The translations under genes and the position numbers were made by a program. The notes beneath the pieces were generated by a model, which worked only from the letters and a program-made list of their open reading frames with translations, ran no database searches and had not been told where the DNA came from. A stretch of DNA of 64,000 bases from Chloroflexota bacterium. GTDB lineage: Bacteria; Chloroflexota; Anaerolineae; Aggregatilineales; UBA3940. Position 1 is the first letter of the stretch, and each line of letters starts with the position of its first letter. Of this stretch, positions 48,407 to 57,835 are shown in pieces. Location: assembly GCA_010092885.1 (NCBI GenBank), contig JAADYX010000017.1, forward strand, positions 9,764-73,763, written 5' to 3'.

Positions 48407-49104
48407 TCAAACGCGCCGCAGCGATCCTGGTCAGTACGCTTGCCATTCTGGCGGTCACACCGACCGTGCTGGCTCAAACCCCGCCAGGGGATCCGCCTTT
48501 TCGTCTGCCTTTTGCCGAAAATCCCGGCCCGAGCACATGGTATATAGTACAGCACTATGGCAGCACGCGGACGGCCTATGTACGGCGCACGGTATGGTAT
48601 GGCAGCGGCCAGGGGCTGCACTTCGGGGTGGACTTTTCCGCCCGCTGCGGTACCGAAGTGGTCGCCATTGGCGATGGCAGTATTCTCAAGGTGGATGCAC
48701 CGGAACATGGTGCGGGGCCACACAACCTGTTGATCCTGCACGACAACGGTTTTGTGTCGCTGTATGGGCATCTGCGTGACCGGCCCCGTTTTGCACCGTT
48801 CACGCGGGTCGAGCAGGGTCAGGTAATCGGGGTCACAGGCGATCCGGATCTGACGTGTTCCTCAAGGCCACATTTGCACCTTGAGATCCGCGACCGCAGT
48901 CTGTTCTATGCCTACAATCCGGTAGACTTCATCGATGCCGACTGGGATTCATTGGCGCTGTTTGGGCCGTCAAGTGGGTTTCAGCGCGACCTGAGCGATC
49001 CGGGCCGCTGGCAGACTCTCCATGACCAACCAGCCGTGCAGTTCGGTGCCCCCCTGCTCAATGACTTCCGCACACCCTGGCCTCCGGATCGCTCCGGCTG
49101 GTGA
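48403..49104 (+). CDS. Secreted M23 (LytM-type) metallopeptidase, copy 2
   Basis: Colinear paralogue of 46606-47274 (GLHFGVDFSARCGT, PHLHLEIR, DWDSLALFGPSSGFQRDL shared). GTGA overlap with the upstream gene. Confidence 0.8.
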   Translation: MIKRAAAILVSTLAILAVTPTVLAQTPPGDPPFRLPFAENPGPSTWYIVQHYGSTRTAYVRRTVWYGSGQGLHFGVDFSARCGTEVVAIGDGSILKVDAPEHGAGPHNLLILHDNGFVSLYGHLRDRPRFAPFTRVEQGQVIGVTGDPDLTCSSRPHLHLEIRDRSLFYAYNPVDFIDADWDSLALFGPSSGFQRDLSDPGRWQTLHDQPAVQFGAPLLNDFRTPWPPDRSGW

Positions 49105-49109
49105 CGGGA

Positions 49110-50030
49110 TCAGAAGAGTGGCATCTGGGCCGGTTCGTCAGGGGGCGGTTGAACAGGCAGCGCGGCGATCTGCGCCGATAGTGCATCCCAGTCAACGGTC
49201 TGCGGCTCGATGGGCAGGGCTCCCTGGGCGATGAGGGCCTCACAGCCGACATCGCCGCCGCTGACCGCATACACCGCACGACCCTGCTTGCGCGCCCGGC
49301 GGGCAGTCGCCAGGCTGCCGCTGTCCTCGCCGGCTTCTACCACGATGATCGCCCGGCTCAGCCCGCTGGTGATCCGGTTGCGGGCCAGCAGCCGCCGCGC
49401 GCTCACCCCGGCATCGGGTGGCAGTTCGGAAAGAATAGCCCCCGCGCCTTGAATATCGCGGGCCAGTTGGCTGTTCTGCGGCGGGTACAGGTTGAGCAGG
49501 CCGCACCCCAGCACGGCGAGGGTTCGCCCTTCGTGAGCCTCTAATGCCCCTTGGTGCGCCGCCGCATCGATACCGAGGGCTAGACCACTGACCACCGCCC
49601 AGCCACGTGCAGCGAGCTCGTAGGCCGCCAGCCGGGCAAATTCCGCACCGGCCGAACCAGGCCAACGTGTGCCCACAATGCCCACCGCGCGCCAGTCCAA
49701 CGGCTGGAGCGTGCCCTGAGTGAACAACACAGGCGGTGCATCCGGGATGAGCAGCAGGTTCGATGGATAGCGATCTGTATCCTCAAACGTCACGATGTGA
49801 ATGTTGTGGTAGCTGCATCGCGAGAGGGCAGCCGCTGCGGCATCCATATCGACGTTGGCAATTGAGGCTGCCGTGCGGGGGCCAATACCCGGAATGCGCA
49901 GCAGATCCTGGTAGGATGCCTCAAATATCGCCTCAATGCTCGCATAGCGACGCAGGAGCTGTCGCAATGCTGCACCCCCGGCCCGCGTTTTAGTCGCCAG
50001 AGCGACCCAGTGCAGCTCGCTCACAGACAT
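49110..50030 (-). CDS. dprA: DNA-processing protein DprA (Smf)
   Basis: GIVGTRWPGSAGAEFARLAAYELAARGWAVVSGLALGIDAAAHQGAL and SGSLATARRARKQGRAVYAV. Start taken at MSVSELHW (ATG 50030). Confidence 0.85.
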   Translation of the reverse strand: MSVSELHWVALATKTRAGGAALRQLLRRYASIEAIFEASYQDLLRIPGIGPRTAASIANVDMDAAAAALSRCSYHNIHIVTFEDTDRYPSNLLLIPDAPPVLFTQGTLQPLDWRAVGIVGTRWPGSAGAEFARLAAYELAARGWAVVSGLALGIDAAAHQGALEAHEGRTLAVLGCGLLNLYPPQNSQLARDIQGAGAILSELPPDAGVSARRLLARNRITSGLSRAIIVVEAGEDSGSLATARRARKQGRAVYAVSGGDVGCEALIAQGALPIEPQTVDWDALSAQIAALPVQPPPDEPAQMPLF

Positions 50031-50472
50031 TTTCCATAGTGAGGAAGACCACCGGCTCCGGCCCAGAACCGAGATCCAGATGTATCCGCCGTGTTTCGAC
50101 AAAACCCAGCCGCCGGTACAGGGCCAAAGCGCGCGGGTTGGATAACGCCGCTCCGATCTCGACCTCATGGAGGTTCAGGGCACAGGCCTGTTCCAACAGA
50201 TGCTCGATCAGGGCTGAGCCGATGCCGTGACCCCGCCAATCCTCATTCACGACCAGGTCGCCGATCTCACTGCGACGTCCCCAACGCGCCAGCACACCAT
50301 AAGCGATGGGCGTGTCGTTCTCATCGACAGCCACAACGCCCCAGGCCAACCCTCGTTCACCGCGTGAGATAACGTCAATAAGGCGAGTCTCCACATCAAA
50401 CTGTGACATATCGGGCCAGCACCGCCACTGAAGGGCGGTGGCATCGTCACGCCGCACCGGTCGGATTCTCAT
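49990..50472 (-). CDS. GNAT-family N-acetyltransferase
   Basis: Acetyl-CoA motif A VNEDWRGHGIGSALIEHL. 160 aa. ATGA-type overlap with the queA stop. Confidence 0.75.
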   Translation of the reverse strand: MRIRPVRRDDATALQWRCWPDMSQFDVETRLIDVISRGERGLAWGVVAVDENDTPIAYGVLARWGRRSEIGDLVVNEDWRGHGIGSALIEHLLEQACALNLHEVEIGAALSNPRALALYRRLGFVETRRIHLDLGSGPEPVVFLTMENVCERAALGRSGD

Positions 50473-51527
50473 CGGATGAACATCGCATCGCCGAACGAGT
50501 AGAAGCGGTAGCCGGCATCCCGTGCCTGCGCATACGCACTGAGGATCATCGCACGGGTGGCGAACGCGCTGACCAGCATCAGCAGGGTGGACTTCGGTAG
50601 ATGGAAGTTGGTGATCAGTCCATCTACCACGCGGAACGAGTAGCCAGGGCGGATGAACAGGTCCGTGCTGCCTTCCACAGCGATGACGGGTCGCCAGGGG
50701 CAGAAGTCGCCCCTATCCGCATAGGGGTCCTCGATCCCGGCGCTTTTCAGCGCGGCGGTTTCCAGCACACGCACGCTGGTTGTGCCGACTGCGATCACAC
50801 GTCCGCCGCCAAGCTTGGCTTCATTGATGATGCGGGCGTTGTGATCGTCCAGCCAGATACGCTCGCTGTGCATCTTGTGGTCTTCGATAGTCGCCTCGGC
50901 CACTGGCTGGAAGGTATCCAATCCAACATGCAGCGTACAGAATGCCAGCTTCACCCCCGCTGATTTGAGTGCGAGCAGCAGGTCTCCTGTGAAATGGAGC
51001 CCCGCAGTCGGAGCCGCTGCTGACCCCGAGTCGCGCGCATACACCGTTTGATACCGCTCCGGGTCGTCAAGCGGCTCGTGGATATACGGCGGCAGGGGGA
51101 CCTGCCCGAGCTCGTCAAGGACATCATCAAGCGGCCGGTCGAATTGAAGGACACGCTCCGCCTGCTCACCCACTTCGATGACTTCTGCGGCCATCTCATC
51201 GAAGACCAGCCGCGTACCAACTGTTACCCCTTTACCTCCGATCAGTCCATGCCAGGTCCGTGGGTCACGCGGGTGCAGCAGCAGAAACTCAACCTTGCCA
51301 CCGGTTTCTGCTTTTTGACCCACCAGCCGGGCGGGGATCACCCGGGTTTGGTTGAGCACCAGCACATCGCCAGGGCGCAGATACTCGCCGATCTGGTTGA
51401 AGTGAGTGTGTTCCAGTGTGCCATCCGCTCGATTGAGCACCAACAACCGCGAGGCATCACGCGGCTCAATCGGGGTCTGGGCTATCTGTTCCGGTGGCAG
51501 CTCATAGTCAAAATCGCTGAGTTGCAT
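50469..51527 (-). CDS. queA: S-adenosylmethionine:tRNA ribosyltransferase-isomerase
   Basis: MQLSDFDYELPPEQIAQTPIEPRDASRLLVL N-terminus. AAPTAGLHFT and GDAMFI near the C-terminus. Confidence 0.95.
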   Translation of the reverse strand: MQLSDFDYELPPEQIAQTPIEPRDASRLLVLNRADGTLEHTHFNQIGEYLRPGDVLVLNQTRVIPARLVGQKAETGGKVEFLLLHPRDPRTWHGLIGGKGVTVGTRLVFDEMAAEVIEVGEQAERVLQFDRPLDDVLDELGQVPLPPYIHEPLDDPERYQTVYARDSGSAAAPTAGLHFTGDLLLALKSAGVKLAFCTLHVGLDTFQPVAEATIEDHKMHSERIWLDDHNARIINEAKLGGGRVIAVGTTSVRVLETAALKSAGIEDPYADRGDFCPWRPVIAVEGSTDLFIRPGYSFRVVDGLITNFHLPKSTLLMLVSAFATRAMILSAYAQARDAGYRFYSFGDAMFIR

Positions 51528-51537
51528 ACCAGTTCTC

Positions 51538-51786
51538 CTACCGGTTCAAAACCCGGATCACCAGGTTGAGGATGACAGTCAATACAATACTCAATACCAG
51601 TGAGGTCGCCAATGGCACAAAACACGAGAAACGCCCGTCCGGCGACTGAATGCGGATATCGCCTGGGAGCTGCCCCAGCTGGTCAAGGCCGGGGATCCGG
51701 CTGGCCAACAGCAGGAATCCACCGACCACCAGAATAATCACCCCAGCGATCAACAGGGCTCGCCCGCTTGTTTCAAGGTCAAACAC
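51538..51786 (-). CDS. DUF2905-family small membrane protein
   Basis: 82 aa, two helices flanking LPGDIRIQSPDGRFSCFVPL, which is typical of the family. Confidence 0.65.
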   Translation of the reverse strand: MFDLETSGRALLIAGVIILVVGGFLLLASRIPGLDQLGQLPGDIRIQSPDGRFSCFVPLATSLVLSIVLTVILNLVIRVLNR

Positions 51787-51791
51787 GAGTA

Positions 51792-52535
51792 TCAGTTCCT
51801 ATGAACCATCCATATATTCGGTTCTGTGTATACCGCCTGACCGGCTTCCCGATCAACCTCCAATGGTGCCAATGCGCCCGGAATCACATAGTGGCCAGTA
51901 AAGGGTAGGGCCATGTGCAGCCATTCCTCCCATTGGGACCTGCTGGCTGCAATGATCTTGCTGCGGCGCGCCACTCCCGCCACAAACCCTCCCACCCGCT
52001 CATGGACACGCAGCCACGGATCGAAATACTGGCCGTCGTCGCGTCGCCACGCTGCATACTGTGTAATGTCCATCAGAGGGTAGCGTGGTTTGAGCATCGG
52101 GCGCAGGGGGATCACAGTGGCGGGAAAGCCCATCTTCGCCCCCATGCTTTTCAGGGCAAGCAGGACTTCCGTACTCAACCCCTGCCCCTGCAGCGATCCA
52201 TCAATCCCGATGAAGAAAGCGCAGTGTAGGGTGGGCTCGCGCTCCGCCTCTCGATCTACAAAACCCTGCGAGATGGCCCAATCCCAGCCTTCATCGGGCA
52301 GCGTGCCCCACTCTGACCCTTGCCAGGCAACCGGTATGCTGCTGCCCATGCCCATCAGGCGGCCTGTGTCGTCCACGAGGGCGAGTTGGTACTCGGGGAA
52401 GTCGGTGAAAAGCCGATCCCAATAGGCTTTGGCTGCTTCACTGTGGAGCATGTACACAGGCCATACGGACTGGATCAGTGCCTGCATACCGGTGGCCAGA
52501 GACGAATCCTGCGCAACGGTGGTCACTCTTGGCAC
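51792..52535 (-). CDS. Hypothetical protein, GNAT-like acyltransferase fold suspected
   Basis: Possible motif A IDGSLQGQGLSTEVLLAL. GTG start directly after the ruvB stop. Weak assignment. Confidence 0.45.
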   Translation of the reverse strand: MPRVTTVAQDSSLATGMQALIQSVWPVYMLHSEAAKAYWDRLFTDFPEYQLALVDDTGRLMGMGSSIPVAWQGSEWGTLPDEGWDWAISQGFVDREAEREPTLHCAFFIGIDGSLQGQGLSTEVLLALKSMGAKMGFPATVIPLRPMLKPRYPLMDITQYAAWRRDDGQYFDPWLRVHERVGGFVAGVARRSKIIAASRSQWEEWLHMALPFTGHYVIPGALAPLEVDREAGQAVYTEPNIWMVHRN

Positions 52536-53588
52536 TTACAGCAGCCTCAGCTGGTCGTCACGATTATCCTGGTAGCCGAGGTGATCGTAGGCCAGTGCGG
52601 TCGCTACCCGACCACGCGGGGTCCGGTCGATAAAACCCAGTTGCAGCAGATAGGGCTCATAGACATCCATGATGGTGTCGGTCTCCTCGCTGATGGCGGC
52701 GGCAATCGTATCGAGGCCAACGGGCCCGCCGCCGAACTTCTCAATCACAGCGCTCAAATAGCGACGGTCCCCCTCATCCAGGCCCAGCACATCGATGCCG
52801 CGCAGGGCAAGCCCTTCGTGAGCCACCTGTGCCGTGATGACACCGTCAGCGCGGACATCAGCATAATCGCGGACGCGGCGCAGCAGTCGAAGGGCCACAC
52901 GAGGTGTTCCGCGTGACCGGCGTGCGATCTCCTCTTTGCCGTCCTGCGTAATGGCAGCATTGAGCATATCAGCCGCCCGCCCGATGATGTGGGCCAGCGC
53001 TTCCTCACTGTAGAAGTCCATCCGGTAGATGGCCCCAAAGCGGGCACGCAGTGGTGCAGTCAACAGGCCAAGACGTGTTGTCGCTCCGATCACTGTGAAG
53101 CGCGGCAGCTTTAACCGCACGTTGCGAGCGGTCGGCCCCTTGCCGATGATAATATCCAGCGCGAAATCCTCCATGGCCGGGTAAAGGATCTCTTCCACAG
53201 CACGGCCCAAACGGTGGATCTCATCGATGAATAGGATGTCGCCCTTGCGCAGGTTTGTGAGGATCGAGGCCAGTTCGCCCGCCCTTTCGATAGCTGGGCC
53301 CGCCGTCACACGGATATTGACACCCATCTCGTGAGCCATGACATGGCTCAGGGATGTCTTGCCCAACCCGGGTGGGCCGTAGAAGAGGATGTGGTCGATG
53401 GCTTCTTCGCGCGCCTTGGCCGCCTCGATCAGAATGCGCAGATTCTCAACGAGCGTTTCCTGCCCGTAGATATCGTCAAGTGACCGGGGGCGCAGCGCCG
53501 CATCGATCTTGCGCGGCTCGTCGCGTTTGCGCCCGCCGGAAACATCGCGTTCGTCATTATTGTTGTCTTCATCGTAGTCGTCTGTCAT
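52536..53588 (-). CDS. ruvB: Holliday junction branch-migration helicase RuvB
   Basis: Walker [10 protein letters not shown], Walker [11 protein letters not shown], sensor [18 protein letters not shown]. Start at MTDDYDED (ATG 53588). Confidence 0.95.
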   Translation of the reverse strand: MTDDYDEDNNNDERDVSGGRKRDEPRKIDAALRPRSLDDIYGQETLVENLRILIEAAKAREEAIDHILFYGPPGLGKTSLSHVMAHEMGVNIRVTAGPAIERAGELASILTNLRKGDILFIDEIHRLGRAVEEILYPAMEDFALDIIIGKGPTARNVRLKLPRFTVIGATTRLGLLTAPLRARFGAIYRMDFYSEEALAHIIGRAADMLNAAITQDGKEEIARRSRGTPRVALRLLRRVRDYADVRADGVITAQVAHEGLALRGIDVLGLDEGDRRYLSAVIEKFGGGPVGLDTIAAAISEETDTIMDVYEPYLLQLGFIDRTPRGRVATALAYDHLGYQDNRDDQLRLL

Positions 53589-53626
53589 ACTTCGCTCCGC
53601 AGCAGATTGTAACGTATGTGACTGAT

Positions 53627-54307
53627 ATGGATGCATTGCAAAATCACCAGCGCCGCTACCTGTTCATCACCGTTTTCATGTCGGGGATGTGCGTACTGGC
53701 CCTTGAACTGAGCGCCTCGCGACTGCTTGGCAAGGCCTTTGGCACGGGCAATACTGTGTGGGCGAGCGTCATCGGCCTGACTCTGCTCTTTCTGACCCTG
53801 GGCTATTTTCTTGGCGGCTGGCTTGCTGACCGCTTCCCCAACCAGCGCACATTCTACACCGTGATCTGCTGGGGGGCTTTTGCCGGTGGGGCCATCCCTT
53901 TTCTGGCGATGCCGCTGCTGCCCGCAGTCGTACGGCTGGTTGCGCCCACCGAGCAGGTTGTGCTGCTGGGTTCTGTCGCCACGATGTTTATCCTGTTGGC
54001 CGCGCCCGTCACGCTGTTAGGCACTGTGGCACCCTTTGCCGTCCGGCTCGCGATTGACACCACTGATCACGCCGGACGGGTCGCAGGCGCATTGTACGCC
54101 GTTTCCACCATCGGCAGTATTCTTGGCAGCCTGCTGCCCTCGCTTGTGTTCATTTCAGCGGTCGGGACCAACCTCACTATTCTGCTGTTCAGCGCCCTGC
54201 TGTTGACCACAGGCCTGATCGGCCTGCTGATCAGTGCCCGGCAGCGCGCGTTTCATCTCAGCTGGATGCCGGTTGTGCTGGCTCTGCTGGCCGTGTTCGT
54301 CCTTTAA
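53627..54307 (+). CDS. Polytopic membrane protein resembling the N-terminal membrane module of fused MFS/spermidine-synthase proteins (no catalytic domain)
   Basis: [48 protein letters not shown], then about six more helices. The protein ends after the membrane part. Confidence 0.5.
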   Translation: MDALQNHQRRYLFITVFMSGMCVLALELSASRLLGKAFGTGNTVWASVIGLTLLFLTLGYFLGGWLADRFPNQRTFYTVICWGAFAGGAIPFLAMPLLPAVVRLVAPTEQVVLLGSVATMFILLAAPVTLLGTVAPFAVRLAIDTTDHAGRVAGALYAVSTIGSILGSLLPSLVFISAVGTNLTILLFSALLLTTGLIGLLISARQRAFHLSWMPVVLALLAVFVL

Positions 54308-54317
54308 GGAGACCGTC

Positions 54318-55034
54318 ATGACTGATACCACTTTAACACAACCCCACATCGAGATCCCGGCGTGGGTGATGAGTGCACTCAGCGTGTTTGTGATTGTTGC
54401 CCTGCCTGTCCTGTTGGTTTTGATCAACGCCCGCCTGCTGATGACGGATGCCTACCTCAACTTCGCTTACAATTCGGGTATCGTGCCACCAGATCAGTAT
54501 CGCTACCCACCGCTCAGCCGTGAAGAAAGCGCACCGCTCGCACTGGCCTATTTGTTCAACGATGAGGATATTGATTTCCTCGGCGATCAGACATTCTCCA
54601 CCGGCGAGCCCCTGTACAACGAGCGCGAGCTTTCCCATATGGTTGATGTAAAGGTTGTCACACAGGGGTTGGTGCGTTTCGGATTCATCCTGCTCGGTTT
54701 GACTATCCTCGCTGGAACCACGATAGCGTTTGGTGATCCAAAGCAGCTGCTGATTGCCCTACGCAGCGGCAGCTTCCTGACGGCCGGGCTCATCGCGAGC
54801 GGCCTGTTCGCCGTAGGGACTTCGTTCAACTGGCTGTTTACACAGTTCCACAACCTCTTTTTTGAGGAAGGCACCTGGCTGTTTCTTCTCTCCGATACGC
54901 TGATCCGGCTGTTCCCCATTGAGTTTTGGGCACTCGCCTTCGGCTTGATGTTTGGCTTCGCATTGATCGAAGCGGCGGTCATCGGTGGGTTATCGTGGTG
55001 GGGCCTGCGGCATGCTACAATGCAGCCCGAATAG
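54318..55034 (+). CDS. TIGR01906/DUF1461-family integral membrane protein (Lit-like)
   Basis: N-terminal helix, a periplasmic-side segment containing LYNERELSHMVDVKVV, then three C-terminal helices. Family assigned from memory of this motif. Confidence 0.5.
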   Translation: MTDTTLTQPHIEIPAWVMSALSVFVIVALPVLLVLINARLLMTDAYLNFAYNSGIVPPDQYRYPPLSREESAPLALAYLFNDEDIDFLGDQTFSTGEPLYNERELSHMVDVKVVTQGLVRFGFILLGLTILAGTTIAFGDPKQLLIALRSGSFLTAGLIASGLFAVGTSFNWLFTQFHNLFFEEGTWLFLLSDTLIRLFPIEFWALAFGLMFGFALIEAAVIGGLSWWGLRHATMQPE

Positions 55035-55059
55035 CCCACGATGAGCAAGGGGAGCGCAC

Positions 55060-56586
55060 GTGTACCGACCTGTTTTGCTTATGATCCTGGATGGCTGGGG
55101 CCTGCGGACTCGCCGCGCAGGCAATGCGGTCGCCCTAGCTGAGACACCCAACTACGATCGCTGGCTGGCCGAACTTGAACGCACCGTTGTAGACGCCTCC
55201 GAGGAGTTCGTCGGCCTGATTGAAGGGCAGATGGGCAATTCCGAGGTCGGGCACCTGAATTTGGGCGCGGGTCGTATCGTTTTCCAGGATATCTCGCGCA
55301 TCAACAATGCCATCAAGGACAGCTCCTTTTACGATAAAGATCCGCTGCATGCCGCCGTCAATCATCTTGGGGATGGCAACCATCTACACATGATCGGCCT
55401 GTTGGGGCCGGGCGGCGTACACGCGCTGGACGAACACCTCTTCGCCCTGCTGCGGTTCGCCAAGAGCCATGACATCACGCCTGTGCTGCATGTGATCACC
55501 GATGGCCGCGATACTGCTCCCGACAGTGGCATTGAATTCCTCACCACCCTGCAGGAAACGGTAGCGGCTGAGAGCCTGAACATGACCATCGCGACCGTGA
55601 GTGGACGCTACTATACAATGGACCGCGACAAGCGCTGGGACCGGACCGCCAAGGCCTACAATGCCATGGTTAACCGCGAGGGCAACGCCGCCGAAACCGC
55701 CGAGTCGGCTGTTAGACAGTCCTATCAGCAGGAGGTGTTTGACGAATTCATCGTGCCGACTGTCATCGGTGACGATGATGCGCTGGCGATCCAACCCGGT
55801 GACTCGCTGATCTTCTTCAACTTCCGTGCAGACCGCATGCGGCAGATCGTGCGCATGTTCACCCATGATGACTTTGAGGATCGCCCGGACGTCGGTTTTG
55901 TCGAAAATCTGCACATCGCGACGATGACCGAGTACGCTGACGACCTGCCCACCGATGTGCTCTTCCCCATGGAGATCGTGGACAAGCCGCTGGCTGAGGT
56001 ATTGGCCGACCATGGATTGACACAATTCCATATCGCCGAGACGGAGAAGTATCCGCATGTAACATACTTCTTCAACGGGCGGCAAGAGGAACCGTTTGAA
56101 GGTGAAAGCCGCGAGATCATCCCTTCGCCGAAGGTAGCCACCTATGATCTCCAACCGGAGATGAGCGCTCCTGCGGTCACCGAGACCATCCTCAAGCGGA
56201 TCGCTGAGCATGACGACGACTTCCTGCTGATTAACTTCGCCAATCCGGATATGGTGGGCCATACCGGGGATCTGCAAGCAGCCCGTAAAGCCGTGGAGAC
56301 CGTAGATGCGTGTGCAAGCCGGGTGGTACAGGCCATTGTTGATCGAGGTGGGGTGGCAATCGTCACCGCAGACCATGGCAACTGTGAGACGATGATCAAC
56401 CCTGCGACGGGCAAACCGCATACCTATCACACCACGAATCCGGTTGCCCTGTTTGTCATCGGCACAGACCTCTTCACACTGAAGTCCCGCGGCAAACTGG
56501 CTGATGTTGCGCCCACCATCCTTGACCTGTTGGGTATTGACAAGCCATCACAGATGACGGGCAATTCGCTGCTCAAGCATGACTGA
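55060..56586 (+). CDS. gpmI: 2,3-bisphosphoglycerate-independent phosphoglycerate mutase
   Basis: GTG start. LMILDGWG, MGNSEVGHLNLGAGR (catalytic Ser), ADHGNCE. Confidence 0.95.
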   Translation: MYRPVLLMILDGWGLRTRRAGNAVALAETPNYDRWLAELERTVVDASEEFVGLIEGQMGNSEVGHLNLGAGRIVFQDISRINNAIKDSSFYDKDPLHAAVNHLGDGNHLHMIGLLGPGGVHALDEHLFALLRFAKSHDITPVLHVITDGRDTAPDSGIEFLTTLQETVAAESLNMTIATVSGRYYTMDRDKRWDRTAKAYNAMVNREGNAAETAESAVRQSYQQEVFDEFIVPTVIGDDDALAIQPGDSLIFFNFRADRMRQIVRMFTHDDFEDRPDVGFVENLHIATMTEYADDLPTDVLFPMEIVDKPLAEVLADHGLTQFHIAETEKYPHVTYFFNGRQEEPFEGESREIIPSPKVATYDLQPEMSAPAVTETILKRIAEHDDDFLLINFANPDMVGHTGDLQAARKAVETVDACASRVVQAIVDRGGVAIVTADHGNCETMINPATGKPHTYHTTNPVALFVIGTDLFTLKSRGKLADVAPTILDLLGIDKPSQMTGNSLLKHD

Positions 56587-57835
56587 CAACGATCTCTTCA
56601 AGTGGCTGACGCCGGGCATAGGCATTAAGCGCTGGCTCGGCCTCATCCTCGCGGGTGCGGTTTTTCTCGGCATGGCAGCGGCAGGGCTGGTGATCGCGTT
56701 TTACCGGTCCAGACCGGCTGCACTGTGGGCATATATGGTCTGGCTTGCCGAACTTCCCCTTTGGCTGCTGATCGCGATACTCGGTGCAGCTGGCGTCCTA
56801 ATGGTGATCGTGGGTGTGGTCCGCATCAACCGGTCTATTCTGGAGCCACTGCAGGTCGAGATGCCCAACCTGTTGGACGCTATGGTTGAAAGACGCCAGC
56901 GCAAACAGGGTCCGCGCATTGTGGCTATCGGGGGTGGGACTGGCTTGCCCACCCTGCTGCGTGGCCTGAAGACCTATACGACCAACATCACTGCCGTGGT
57001 GACTGTGGCCGATGACGGCGGCAGTTCCGGGCGCCTGCGCCGGGATATGGGCGTGCTGCCACCGGGAGACTTCCGCAACAATATCGCTGCCCTGGCCAAG
57101 GATGAAGGCCTGCTTACACAGCTTTTCCAATACCGGTTTGGGGAAGGCGGGCTGGAAGGTCACAGCTTCGGCAATCTGTTTATCACTGCGATGAGTGAGG
57201 TCACCGGGAGCTTCGAGTCAGCGCTGGAGGAGAGCAGCAAGGTACTCGCCGTTCGTGGGCAGGTGCTGCCTTCAACTCTGGCCAATGTCACCCTGACCGC
57301 CGTGATGCGCCAGAGCGAGCACGAGGGAACGACGTTCGTGGTGGGTGAGTCGCGCATCCCGGAAGAGAATGGGCGCATCGAACGGGTGGCCTTACAACCA
57401 GACGATATCCGGGCCTATCCGGGTTCGGTACGTGCCATCCTCAACGCAGACCTTATCGTGTTCGGGCCGGGCAGTTTGTTCACCAGCATCCTGCCGAATC
57501 TGCTGGTGAATGATATCTCGGAAGCGGTGCGGGCCAGCAAAGCGGTCAAGGTGTATGTATGCAATGTTGCTACCCAACCCGGCGAAACCGACGGTTTCAC
57601 AGTGATGGACCACGTACGCGCCATTGAACAACATGTTGGCGACGACCTGTTTGATGTGGTCATCGCCAACAATGAGTTCCCGCCAACCAAGGCGACGTAT
57701 GTACAGCCGAATGGCAGCCTCGCACCGTCTACCCGGATCGTCACCACCCCGTTGGTGGATGAGGCAAAGCCCTGGCGTCACGATCCGGAAAAGCTGGCCC
57801 GTGCGCTAATGGCGCTTATCGGACCGCAGAGTTAA
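56579..57835 (+). CDS. yvcK: YvcK/CofD-family gluconeogenesis factor with N-terminal membrane helices
   Basis: IVAIGGGTGLPTLLRGLK and TVADDGGSSGRLR motifs. Two N-terminal hydrophobic helices. Overlaps the gpmI stop by 8 nt. Confidence 0.85.
   Translation: MTDNDLFKWLTPGIGIKRWLGLILAGAVFLGMAAAGLVIAFYRSRPAALWAYMVWLAELPLWLLIAILGAAGVLMVIVGVVRINRSILEPLQVEMPNLLDAMVERRQRKQGPRIVAIGGGTGLPTLLRGLKTYTTNITAVVTVADDGGSSGRLRRDMGVLPPGDFRNNIAALAKDEGLLTQLFQYRFGEGGLEGHSFGNLFITAMSEVTGSFESALEESSKVLAVRGQVLPSTLANVTLTAVMRQSEHEGTTFVVGESRIPEENGRIERVALQPDDIRAYPGSVRAILNADLIVFGPGSLFTSILPNLLVNDISEAVRASKAVKVYVCNVATQPGETDGFTVMDHVRAIEQHVGDDLFDVVIANNEFPPTKATYVQPNGSLAPSTRIVTTPLVDEAKPWRHDPEKLARALMALIGPQS

Noticed and set aside
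55384-56430. 348-aa minus-strand ORF inside gpmI
   Set aside because: It is antisense to an unambiguous phosphoglycerate mutase gene and has no motif, SD or plausible promoter. Shadow ORF.
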